From Moniliella sp. 'wahieum' (taxonomy: Eukaryota): 54,049 nt of DNA. Positions 1 through 11,241 of the stretch are shown here, piece after piece (positions within the stretch are counted from its first letter, which is position 1; every line of letters starts with the position of its first letter). The stretch is from assembly GCA_003971905.1 (NCBI GenBank), contig RSEE01000100.1, forward strand, positions 186,001 through 240,049. The letters run 5' to 3'. The position numbers and the translations under genes are program-made. The notes under the pieces are model-generated. The model saw only the letters and a list, made by a program, of their open reading frames with translations. It ran no database searches and was not told the origin of the DNA.

Positions 1-1921
1 GGCGCGGGGAACTCAGGGCCCGGAATGGTGTAGGTGGACGAGTACATGAGGTAGGCTCCTGCACTCACTGCCACTCCGAATGTGGAACCGACCATCTGGC
101 CTAAAACAACGTGCGCGGCGAGGCCCACCAAGTGACCCGTCTTGAGATCTTGCAGCAAGTCGCCCGCTTGCATCGCCCGGCCTCGGCGATCGCACCAGCA
201 ATCAAGTTGGCCACCACATTCCGGCTGGATCAAGGCAAACAGGACCTGGACCAGCTTGCCAATCGACGAGGTCGGGTTCAAGTCCGTCTCGCCTAACGCT
301 CGCACGCCCAAAATGGCCAAAAACGAAGACAGAATCACAGCCAACACGGTGGCCCACCATGCGATCCCACGGGGTCCAAATGCCAATGGATCAGTACCAC
401 ACACAGTGCAGTGGACCAAAGCAGGCCCCATGCAATCCACGAAGGAGGCACAAGGCGACTAGCAGGTTCATGCTCTTCATCTACCGCAACGCGGATGCGC
501 GAGGAGAGCGTACGCCACTGCTGTTGCTGCTGCTTCCCTCTTGGGTGGCGGACAAGGAAGCGTCCGAGGTGGGGGGAAGACGAGTGTAACCAGTCTCCTT
601 GCTAGAGCACCAAGCCTTGATATCCTGCCACCCATGCGCCGCACCAAGTGCCACCAGACCCAGCACCGATTCCGCCGACATGATCGCCAACGAGATCCAC
701 ACAATCCAAGCCCGCGCGCCCGTTTCCCCATCGAGCGGTGCGCCCTTGGCCCAGCCGCACTGGGTCGCCAAAGGTGAGAGGAACGCCCACCCAACAAATG
801 CGCCTGCCGTCATGCTTAGCGTGGTAGGAAGACCCATGATGATGCCCTGGCCGACATAGGAAAAAGAAGGAGTAAACCACCATCCCCATTTGCGGGCGAG
901 GCCTACTGGCTGGAAGTGGTTGAGCGGAGCGAGAGCCATGTCAAACACAGGAATGGCGTAGAGGACCGGGAGGAAAAAAGAGGCAAGAGTAAATACGGTG
1001 CTCAGGCCAAAGCTCGCAAACAAAGCATTCCACCCAGCCGGTTCTTCCTTAAGCTCCGACGCGGCAGGTGGAGCAGGAAGAGCGTTCTGGCTTGAAGTGG
1101 CCTGAGTCACGGCAGGAGTGGTTCCCACCGCCCCATACCCCGAGGGGCGAGCAGCAGTGTCAACTTCAGGCGCGGGCGCCTGAGACCGAGTGGCAGAAGC
1201 CTCCTCCAACCGAGATTTCACATTTTGAGCCGTTTCGGCAGAGACTGGGTCGGTAACCAAAGGCCGGCGATGCAGAACAGCAATCAGCTGCGCTGTGGCC
1301 GTGCCTGAAGGAAAGCGAAGTTTTTCTTTAGAATAATGGGTCCTCGGAGCGGCGAGGCGAAAAAGACGCCAAAATAGGCCAGACCGATGCACCAGATGGT
1401 GAGTTGAAGAGGGGAAAAGTGAATGGGGCTCACGCCATCACGCACGGGGTCCAGTTGCCCCAAAGCGGGCACAATGCCCACCAATCCTGCCGAGAGCGGC
1501 ATGCCGCCGACGGCAACAGTGGCCTGGACCAGTGTGTTCTCTGCTGGCGTGAATGGTGCGTGTGAAAGAGAGTACGGGAAATGGCGGGAGGGATGGCCTT
1601 AAAGATGCCAAAACCGAGCAGCAGCGCGGCCTGGAGCGAGGCCATGGTAAATCCATCGCCTCTGCAGCCCAAAAAGGTATTGGTAAAGCAGATGAGGGTG
1701 CCGACGGCAAGGCGACGACGAGGCCGCGCAGAGTGAGGTCGTCGTTGGTGGGGGTGGTGGTGTTGATGCCGAGGGCGGGGGGGCGGGGGGAGGGCGTAAT
1801 CCGTCGCGCGCACCTCGGGTCGGGCGACTGCGGGGGGACTGGGCGTGTGGGTGATGGGCATGGAGCGCGGGGTCTTGCCAAGGCGCAGCGCCATCGGGGA
1901 TGGGGCTGGGCTCAAGGACAT
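1..1921 (-). CDS. OPT-superfamily oligopeptide transporter (YGL114W/YSL-like clade); 3' end lies beyond the window start; frameshifted
   Basis: Fragments across frames join into typical OPT motifs: LTLRGLVVAL, GTLICFTNTF, MASLQAALLLGFGIF, PFTPAENTLVQAT, GGMPLSAGLVGIVPAL, YFGVFFASPLR, KEKLRFPSGTATAQLI, WWFTPSFSYVGQGIIMG. The start is placed at the ATG of MSLSPAPSP (1921) and is tentative. Confidence 0.88.
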
Positions 1922-2422
1922 GGCAGGGGGGCCATAGACGGAGGGTGGGAGCTGGGCGAGGAGGTGGGTGGTGGCCAGGGCGATGGAGCACGCGACGGTT
2001 TCCCTTTGCTCCCCTGGCTCGCACGCTGCCTCACACGGCCTCGCATCCGCCGCATCCCTCGGCACAAAAAAATGACGACTGCGGGCGGCGCTCGGCCGAT
2101 TATCGATTACGCTCGCCGCCGCCAGCACGGCGCCCGTGTCTGTACATGGTCTTCCGGAGATAAGGCAGCACATGGCGCTTAGGCTCAGCCGTGACTCACG
2201 CGTCACGCGCCACGTGCCACGCTTGACGCGCCGTCCGCCTTCGGCCACGGGCCCAGTCACCAACGCAAGAAGCCCCGTCCAGGCCTTCTCCTCGGGTGTG
2301 GGTTCCTGGCTGTAGGCATACAAGTCGGAGATGAGATCTGAGAAGGGCCCACGGCAATCATTGGCAATCAATTATCATTTATCACCTCGTCTTGCTCGCC
2401 TTCGGCCCGCGGCATGCTAGTA

Positions 2423-4281
2423 CTACACCTGCTTGCAGAGGGTGTACCCGCGCGCCACCTGCGCCGAGCACAGCTCCAGCTCCAGCGCATCGACAACACC
2501 ACGCCACCAGGATGCCAAGCGTGTCGCCAAAGCCCACACACCCGATGCGGAACTCGTGCTCCTGCGTCGCCCGCACCGCCGCCGTCTCGGCGCTAGCTGC
2601 ATCCTCGTACTCCTCCTCATCCACCCTCGGCGGCGACATGCCAATGTGGTAGAGACTGATACACTGTCCACCCCACGCACACCATCCGTTAGACATACGC
2701 CAGCCACGAAAGAACAAAACAGAACAGAGCAGAACAAGACTAACTAGGAAGCCGCCGGCCAGCCCTTCGACCGCGATCAGCACGACGACCAGCGAGGGCG
2801 CGATGGATGTTCGGAACCAATGAAAGACCGCTCGGTAGATAGAATGACGAGCAACGTGCATTGGCAAACCGCAGGCGCCCACAGCCACTGGCGCGGATGG
2901 CAGGCAGTTTGAATACCGACACGGACGATCGGGAGAGAAAAACAAAGGTCTGGTAGCACAGTTGGTAGAACGCATAGTAGTCGGCTAGTTTCTTGTAAAT
3001 GCGCGACAAGAGTGGGTGCTCAGCACTGCTGGGTAAGGGGTATAGGAGTACAGGGCTGACCGCTTGGTTAATCAAGTACTCCGCCAAGTACACTCTGCCC
3101 TCGTCCTGTCAGTAGGGTACAACGTGCACGAGAGCCTGGGGGAGGCCCTGGCACAGGCCTGAGCCTCCGGCCCGAACTGAGAAACGTACAAAAATAGAGG
3201 CAAAATGTATGGGAGCAGCATTGGTTTGAGCAGCCCCAGCTTCTCGTCCAAAGATAGCTTGACCTGCTTGGTCGTCCTCAACAAGTGGGGTTTCGTACGT
3301 TGTTGGACCCGCATCGGGAGCCACGGGGGCCGAAGCGACCTGGTCCAGTACCTGCAACTCATTTTCCGCCTCCTCCTCCTCATCAGCATCATTAGCATCG
3401 TCATGAGCATTGAGGTTGTAGTCGTCACTTTGATGTCCGGAGACGGGCTCCGAGTAGGCACAGCCGAATACAAGCTTGATTCTTGCTCGGCCTGAACAGT
3501 GGCAGGAGAAGGGAGGATGAAAAGATAGGCTAGGATCATTCCCCATGGCATAGGGGATAGAATACTGAGCCCACCCTTAACCCCAAAGGGTCGCACAATC
3601 CACCACGCACCCTGCACCTACCAGGCCGGCCCCGCCAGTGCCGGATGCAAACCAGCCGACGCCATGCCCCGAAGCGCCAGCATGCGAGTACCGAGTAGAC
3701 AGTTGGAGGAAAGTTAGTTCACCTAGACCGGAGCTGAAACTGGCCAGAGCAATGCCACACAGTCGGACGACAAGGGAAGGTGTGAGGGCAATCATCTGGG
3801 TTAGAAACGACGACAAGTCAGCAGCCACAATCCAAGAAAAAAGGGTATGTACAAAACGTACCATCAACCCTACAAAGCTCATAGTAGAGCAGATCCAGAT
3901 TCGGCGCGCATACCGGACAGTACCCGTCAGAATATAGGGAAGAGGGCTTTGGATATGAGGCAGGAGCAATGTTGACGCACGCGACTACCCCCGTTGGCAC
4001 GCCCGCCGGAAGGAGCTCGAGAGCAGCAGTAAGATGACGACGTAGAGAGCATTGTTGATGACGCCAAATATGAAAAAGGCAGCGGCGAGGCGGGCCAGAG
4101 CAGGATGGGTAGGGGTGGACAAATGAAGACGAGGGCACCAGGCGCCAGTTGTTCAGGCGGGAGTTCATCGGTGGCAGCAGCGATCGCGGCACCGGCGGAC
4201 CGGGAGGCGTGGCGGGGGCGTGGTGGTAGGAGTCGTGGGCGTAATCGACGCGTCACGCAGCTGAATGGACTCGGGGGGCAT
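2423..4281 (-). CDS. BTN1: Battenin / CLN3-family vacuolar membrane protein, with introns and frameshifts
   Basis: Motifs: FFIFGVINNALYVVI, GIALASFSSGLGELTFLQLS, GWFASGTGGAGLVGA, YILPLFL, YLAEYLINQAV, DYYAFYQLCYQTFVFLSRSS, EHEFRIGCVGFGDTLGIL. The C-terminus is LCSAQVARGYTLCKQV*. The start ATG (MPPESIQL) is tentative. Confidence 0.93.
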
Positions 4282-4816
4282 CACCACGGCGCGCCGCGCC
4301 GTATTCGCTCGACTTGGGGGGGAGGCCAGGTGGGGCGAGATGGTTTGGAGAGAGCAACCAAGGTCCCACACAAGGTGTCAATTGAATTGAACGTTCATCC
4401 TACGCCGCCCCACTGGGCCAACATTTTAATGTTTCATTTTCCTCAAAAGTCAATGTCCACTCGTGGTTTGTGGGGGAACGAAAGTTGATGGGATGTGTGG
4501 AAGAGTGCGCATGTATGGACAGTTAGGACAGCATAGCAAGTACTGGTAGTCGCGTTCAGGGTAATCATTTAGCACAGTGCCTGTAGACAGCGTCGCCTAC
4601 CTCGCACCATCACAGCCACGTCCACACCACCACGCAACCTCTAGTGCGGCTGCACTCCCTCCCCTCCAGGACACATCGGATCTTGTCTTGCGGCAAAAGC
4701 ATCTCTACACACTGACCTTCCCCCCAGCACAACAATCTCGGCCCGCCTCCCCGCCTCCCCGCCTCCCCACACACTTCCACTTGAAACCTGCTGCATCACG
4801 ACTACCCCCCGCTAAT

Positions 4817-6713
4817 ATGACGCATCAAAGCATTCATGCTGAACGTGATGACTGCGCACATCGAAGCACAGTGACTCCGCCTGTTGTTGAGCAAGAGCAT
4901 GCAGCCAGTGTACGTCCGGCCAGCAACAGCCAGATGGCCCTTCCCCACGCACCCGACCGAGGTGTCGAAAACAGCATTCAGCTGCTTCCCCCGCACAACC
5001 CCTCAATGCCAGCGATGTTGCAGAGTTGAAGAAGCAGGTCACGAAGGCCCTCAATCGCCAAAAGAAGGTTGGACATTTGGGTTCCAAACCTACCGGCGAG
5101 TGCATGCTGCGTCTTTTACTGCAAGTCATATTGAAAGCCGGATTTAGCATCAAGCTCCCAGAAGAGGTTGAGCCACTTCGTTTTGACCAGATCAATGGCA
5201 CCAATCAGCGTGTATGAGAGGATCCTAACCGCCGTGGACACGGCGTACTTCACCGAGCTTCGTCGCCTAGGTGAGATTGATCTGAGACGAGCGTACGAAG
5301 CCGGTGTCAGAAAGAGAAACTATGCCGGATTGTCATTCCTGCGTGGTAAACACGGAAGTGCTCTCGTGAAAGAAGTCCTTCAACATGCCAAAGCCCGGTT
5401 TTATGACGACTTTGACAGTTTTTGGTGCTTATTACCAAATGGCTTCGCTCAGGTGGACACTGTCGTCAATGCTTTCCTCGAACGCAAGCGTATTGGGCAT
5501 GGGCACATTCCCTCTTCTCCTCTTCAGGTGAGACAAAGTGGTCCTGAGGGTCCTGTAGAAGAAACTGAAAGTACCGACCGAACCATCCACGAACCCTCAC
5601 ACCCCGAGAATGCGGCCGCCCATGGTGGTATGACCGCGGAGGATGCTGATGCAACATCGCCGGACGAAGAATATGGTACGTTGCAGTACGAAAGTGTTCT
5701 GGTCGCAGAAGCCAATATGGTTATTGAGACGGATGTATACCTGAAACAGATGACCATCTATGGATGGCCCTACACAGAGCTAGGGAACAAGCCTTGCAGG
5801 AAGACCAAGATGGTGATCACCAATCACTCAGTTGCATCTCCCCTACGCAGTCTACCTCCAGTGGGACAGAGAGTAACGCAGTCCCAAACGACATTGCCAA
5901 AAATGATGTGGACATTGGTTCTTTTACGGACGACAGACCACTGGAGATCGAATTGAAGAATCGTCGTCGAATCACCAACAGACGAACGGTTACCCGAACC
6001 TCTCCTTACCCTGCAACAATCCTCCAGAAACAAATGATCTCTTGCCAAGCTGCTACCTCAAACCCCAACTCCTCTCATTCTCCCTCGCCCCCAAAACGAA
6101 CGCAGATCCGAACATGGCATCCCCGTCGCAAGTGGTGCAAAACACAGTTGAAGCTGAAGACCCTATCCATTTCACATCTGAATTTCCTAACCGTGACCAC
6201 AGCGTCAAACTGGAACCGCTCCTTCCTCAAGCTTCGGGAAGTGATGATCGCCTTAGGGCGCTTCCCGACAACGGACTTGTGCAGCCCAATACTCTCCTCG
6301 ACGAACTGAAAGCAGCTTTTGCGCGAGACCCATTCGGGGACATAATATTGTGAACGACAATCGCATACGTCACATCATTCCAGTGCGTTTGATCCTCTTT
6401 TTGGTTTTGTGCTTTGGCCAATCTTGCGGTCGAAAAACAATGGCTAACAGTATCCTCTCTGTCGAAAAAGTATCTCTTGTCTGGAGGAGTAGATTATCTC
6501 TATGCGGTCTTGAACAATCCTGAATCTGGATGTCAGAAAAGAAAGCCACGCCGCTCCGTTATGGAGACTATCTTCTGCGACACAGGTCTTGGAACCGCGA
6601 CCCTGTACAGTCTCTCCAACTACAGGATCTTGCCTTCAAAGGACTCGTCCAAAAAGCATTCAACACGACGAGTAATCCAGCAGTGTGATCAAGACATCCA
6701 TAGCCAGATATGA
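4817..6713 (+). CDS. Orphan hypothetical protein, possibly one frameshifted or spliced gene; no family recognised
   Basis: A chain of same-strand overlapping ORFs (4577-5029, 5026-5217, 5168-5956, 5764-6309, 6042-6353, 6414-6713). It has a globular-looking segment (YERILTAVDTAYFTELRRLGEIDLRRAYEAG...VNAFLERKRIGHG) followed by acidic, disordered sequence. GC is visibly lower than in the flanking genes. Boundaries are uncertain. Confidence 0.4.
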
Positions 6714-6992
6714 TACATATCCAACCCTTTCGTGAGGGGTTTGTGTCAGTTCGTACCCGCGCTATTATACCTTTCGGTTAGTCTCAACGCCTACCCATAT
6801 TCCTTTTTTCCTTCTTTCTCTCTCTTACCGACCCTTTCAATCGCCTTATTGTACAGTTTTGCTTGGCCTTATTGTCTTTGCCCGTAGCCTAGTTCCTCTT
6901 CCTCGCTTAGGCAAACTAAGACGCTTCAGCTCCCCCTCTCTTTTCTATACTTGTGACCTGTTCCCTTTTCGGCCTCGCTACCCTACCCCTAA

Positions 6993-7074
6993 TTCTCGTT
7001 TTCTTTCTCGTTTTCTTTCTCGTTTTCTTTCTCGTTTTCTTTCTCGTTTTCTTTCTCGTTTTCTCTCGTTTTCT
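6993..7074. repeat. 12-bp tandem repeat (TTCTCGTTTTCT) x6 plus a partial copy
   Basis: Read directly: six exact copies at 6993-7064, then CTCGTTTTCT. It lies just downstream of the DUR3 stop. Confidence 0.97.
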
Positions 7075-7179
7075 ATCACTGTGTTTCCCTAAGATTCAGA
7101 AAATGGAGCTTGCATTATAACTTGAGAAAGAGAAAAAAGGAAAAGATGATCGATGCAACCTCAATAAGAGTTACACGTT

Positions 7180-9547
7180 TCACTTCCTTTTCACGTCACG
7201 GAAGATACCCGATACGATGGCGCGGAGCGCTGTTCGTGACTCCCAGATGGGGAGAATGACCACGATGAAGCTGCAGAGGAAGAGCCAAGCAATCATGATG
7301 CCAATCCAAGCAGCGAGCCCAGTCCCCGTCCAGATTCGCTTTGTCAACGCCATGCATGGGATGAAGACCAGGAAAGAAAGGAGAGACCACAGGAGACTTG
7401 TGTGCTCCAGACTGCCTCGCGATCGAGTTTGTCCGGGTCCAGTCCGGCGGCCAACACATACTCATCCCCTGGCTGGCGGATCCGTGTATAAGTGGCCACC
7501 TCCAGGTCATTGACAGTCGTCACAATTGCCTTGTCGTCCACATCGGGGTCTTGGATGGTGTTTTGTCCAATCCAAGCGCCGTGGCTTCCTCTCTGGCCAA
7601 TTCGAGCTCCTGACGAGTATTGTGAATGTCATTCACCTGGTGACCCTGTGTGGCGGGAAGATGATCAGCCATGACCTCGGGTGCGTTCAACCCCCGAGTC
7701 TCCTCAAACGAGTAATTTTCCGGCCATAGGAGAGAGGTTGCAACGACAAAAATGACCGGCGTAAAGAACGAAAGGAGGTTGGCGATCACTTCGGGAATGT
7801 CGGCACTGGTCGTTTCCAGGTTGATCTTACCTTCGTATGACCAGGTAGACACCATCCAGGAAAGCATGCCAATCGCCAATCCAAACACTGCACCTCCGGT
7901 GCATCCCCATTTGTTGGCCTTTTTCCACATGATGCAAGCCGACATTGGCACCCGGCTGGTGCCACCCGATGCCCGTCATGCTGTAAAGCCTGGTGAGACC
8001 AAAACGTTAGCCGAACAAATTAGTACGCATCAGACACCAGTGGCGGGAAGGCCCCAGGCCTGAAGACGCACCAGCCCATGGATACGCCGACACGGTTCCA
8101 TATAAGTCCGATAATGGCAAGAAACAAAGCCCAAACAATGATCATGATGTGGCTGCTGAGGAAAATCAGACGCGGAGAAGCCTCCGGCTTGACGGTCTTG
8201 ACAATGTTGTACGCAAAGACGGAAGAAACGCCAACCAATTGAGCTGAGGTAGCCGAAGTAACGGCCAGATACAGGAGGATTAGAATGGCACGGGCCCCCG
8301 CTTTTCCCATTAGAGCGCCAGCAGCGGCAGCGGCAGGTAGTCCAGCTGACACTTCCTCTGGAGTTAAGATCGGCATTGCTGGTCTTGGTGCACCAAGGCT
8401 CTGCCGGCCAATCCCAAAGCCGAAGCCATAGTCATTGGCACGGCAACCAGGCAATGCCACCAAGCATGAAAGCTCGGGACGCTTCGGGCCCACTAGACAA
8501 CGCTCTTTGGGAGTAGGATTGATCGTTATAAACGGTAGCCATACCAGATACTGCTGTCACAATGGCAAAGTAGAGACCATTCAAACTTCGCATGATCAGG
8601 TAGGCCCACCCGCGTTGCCGCTCGCAGGCTCGATCTCGGCCGCACGGCTCAAAAGTCGAGCCATTTCGTATGGTGATCCAATCTTATCGTTGGTCGAGTA
8701 CACAAAATGCGAAGCTGAGGATCATAGCAACCAAAAACCGTGTGAGAGTAATCGGCCAACAGGGTGCTGCGCATACCCCCACGAGCGTATACACGGCCAC
8801 GCTAATTGGAGTGATGAAGAGAGCCGCAATTGTCGGCATGCCAGTCAACGAATTTACGGTGGCACAGCCGCCCAGAACAAGCATGCTTCCCACTAGCACG
8901 TTGGTGCCGATGGCGAAACAGCCAAAAATAAAGTGGGGCACTTCTCCCCAGCGTTTCTGAATCACTTGGAGATAGGTCGAAACGAAAGGGGCGTTGCGCT
9001 TCAACCGATTGGCTAGTATGCTGAACAACAATACTTCAATCGTTCCTGCAGCTGCATACCTAATGGCACAGAAGAAGGAAAAGGGAGTGGAGGTGGTCAA
9101 TACTGATACTCTCTCGAAAAAGCCAAATGGGACACCGGAATGCTGTGCTTCGTTTGGCGCTTCGTGCCGTAAATACATCCAATACGTCCAATGTGCCACC
9201 CACATCAAACAAAATACTGGCGTGATTTCCTGGGGTCATAGAAACGCGACATACCAGTAGGCTCCCGACACGCCATATTGATAACTCTGACTACTACTCT
9301 GAAGTAGAGTCGCAGCCCATGTCCATGCCGATACAATGCCAGATGCCATGAGGCCAGGTTTGACGCTGCGGGATGCAGACAAGAACTCGTCGTTGCTCTT
9401 GAGGTTGTTGTGAGTGTAGCGTTGCTGAAGGAAGGTAATGGCAAGCATGACCACGGAGAAGCCGATGCCCAAAGCGATTACAACGGCCCAGCCCGTGCTG
9501 GGTTCAAGAATTTGCGTGGACATACTGGCGGTGGATCCAATCTCCAT
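7180..9547 (-). CDS. DUR3: Urea/polyamine active transporter (SSS family), multi-intron, frameshifted
   Basis: Motifs: SNDEFLSASRSVKPGLMASGIVSAWTWAATLLQSS, YGVSGAYWY, YAAAGTIEVLLF, KRNAPFVSTYLQVIQKRWG, TNVLVGSMLVLGG, EEVSAGLPA, AVTSATSAQLVGVSS. The C-terminus is ILPIWESRTALRAIVSGIFRDVKRK* (TGA at 7180-7182). Confidence 0.96.
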
Positions 9548-9781
9548 GTGTTGGATGCGTTTCTTCTTTTGCTGTGTTATATAGTCGCAGTTGCTGTGTG
9601 CATCAATCTCTCTTTGGCCACAAGATCGGACTGTTGCGGTCGAGCGAGGTGTAGAGAAAGTAGGGTGCTCAAATGGTGGTGGGGGTCAAAAGGCAAAAGG
9701 TGAAGGCAGTCCCTGCCTCAAAGCCATACATCAATTCATTTGTATTAGCCGAGGGAGGCGAGTAGTACTATAGATCAGAGA

Positions 9782-9946
9782 GATATCAGAACTAGATATC
9801 AAGAAGGGTAAATACCAGTACTCACGCAGTGGTGCAGTTGTTCGCTGTTTTTGATAAGGCCGCAGATATCCCGACCCAGCTCTAGGTCAGTGTGGGAGAT
9901 AAGTGGAAAGATGTTCGGTGATCGATAAGCCGATTAGAAAGATAGG
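9782..9946. promoter_or_regulatory. Cluster of GATA elements upstream of DUR3 (putative AreA/Nit2/Gln3-type nitrogen regulation)
   Basis: GATAAG at 9853, 9898 and 9924; GATATC at 9782, 9795 and 9865; GATTAG at 9932; GATAGG at 9941. All lie about 235-400 nt upstream of the ATG. Minus-strand TATATAA at 9577-9583. Confidence 0.7.
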
Positions 9947-10113
9947 TTGTTTACGCGGTTTATGGGCTTGCCAATATCATCATGCGCCGTACTCTCGGCG
10001 CAACGCGTAATTATAGCGGTTGTCTGCTGTATACTTAAGGGCGTACCCTGGTGAGCCACAGTACTGTCAAAAGTGCATAATGCAGCCCCTCAGGCTTCTC
10101 AGGGTCTCAGATG

Positions 10114-10170
10114 ATCGATGATCGATGACCGGTGTAGTTTGAAGAGCTTGAAGCTTGAAGCTTGAAGCTT
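10114..10170. repeat. 7-bp-period palindrome arrays: ATCGAT-g-ATCGAT-g-ACCGGT, then (AAGCTT-g)x3
   Basis: Hexamers start at 10114, 10121, 10128 and at 10151, 10158, 10165. Confidence 0.85.
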
Positions 10171-11241
10171 TTGAAGGGCCGACGGCCTCATCGGTCACCT
10201 GGGTCACCGCTCACCCCCCGCGCACCACCATCGCACCAATCTCCGCGCAAGCACAGCGATGATTGATTATCTCGACCACTGTGAGTGACTGCATTTTGTC
10301 TCGCCATTCATATCACCGGATCGCCTCTACTGCCTTGATTTCGCTCTCATTTTTGAAAGAAGGCATGGGCTGGTGCGGGCTGCTCTCCGGACAATGCCCC
10401 AAGCATGAAAATGTGTCCCGTAACGCGTAAAGCGTGCAAGTATACTCTTCACTTTGCTGCGGGCAGGCCGGTGACCTACGGTGCTATTTACATCAAGTGA
10501 ATGAATAGGTGCCAAATGACTTCTTCTGTTCACACACGATGTACGAAAGTCCTTACGGTGGCCAAGATTTATCCGTACGAGACTGGGAGAGCTCCTCGGC
10601 GCTTTTGCACACCAGCGTTTAGCTCCGGGAGAGAGCAAGAGCGACTATAATGCGGATACGAGCCCGCCGGGCCGGCTGCAACCGCCCCGCCCCAGCTTGC
10701 TCAACATTCTGCCCACATAGGTAGCGGCATCTGGGGTGGGGGTAACTTGCCGAGTTCGGCCTACAGCCACACCCACTGGGCCTTTGGTGCGCTCTCGTAG
10801 TGTTGTTGTCCGTTGCGAGAACAACATGCTGTGGCGCGCCCTGGCCATATGGACAAGGGCAAATTTTTCATCGGCTCATGCTGGAAACTAGATCAAATAA
10901 GGCGGGAGTCCGTTGTGCCCCCATGCACCAATCTAATAGACCCATTACTGTCGAAAAGAGCTCCACGAAGTCTGGGTTGCATGTGTGAAAAAGCATGGAT
11001 TTGCTGTGACAAGACAGCGGGAAAAGGGTTCGATTGTAGTAACCGTAGGAGAAAGAGGGATGTGATGAAAAAAGGGATGTCAGGAGAAAGAGAGATGTGA
11101 GGTGTGATTACAGGAGGCCAAAACCGGATGCTGAAAGGGAGTCGGACGACATAGAAACGAGGAGGGGGAAACGGGTAAGAGAGGTTGACCATATGCCAGC
11201 AGTCGAATGGAAGTGATTTCAGGTAGTGAGAGGTTCAAAGC

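Noticed and set aside
6978..6992. Telomere-like CTACCCTACCCCTAA
   Set aside because: There is only one CCCTAA unit and no array.
6993..7074. CRISPR array
   Set aside because: These are contiguous 12-bp units without spacers, in a eukaryotic context with no cas genes.
10141..10176. Heat-shock element
   Set aside because: The repeats are GAAgcTTG, not alternating GAAnnTTC. They fit the 7-bp lattice better.
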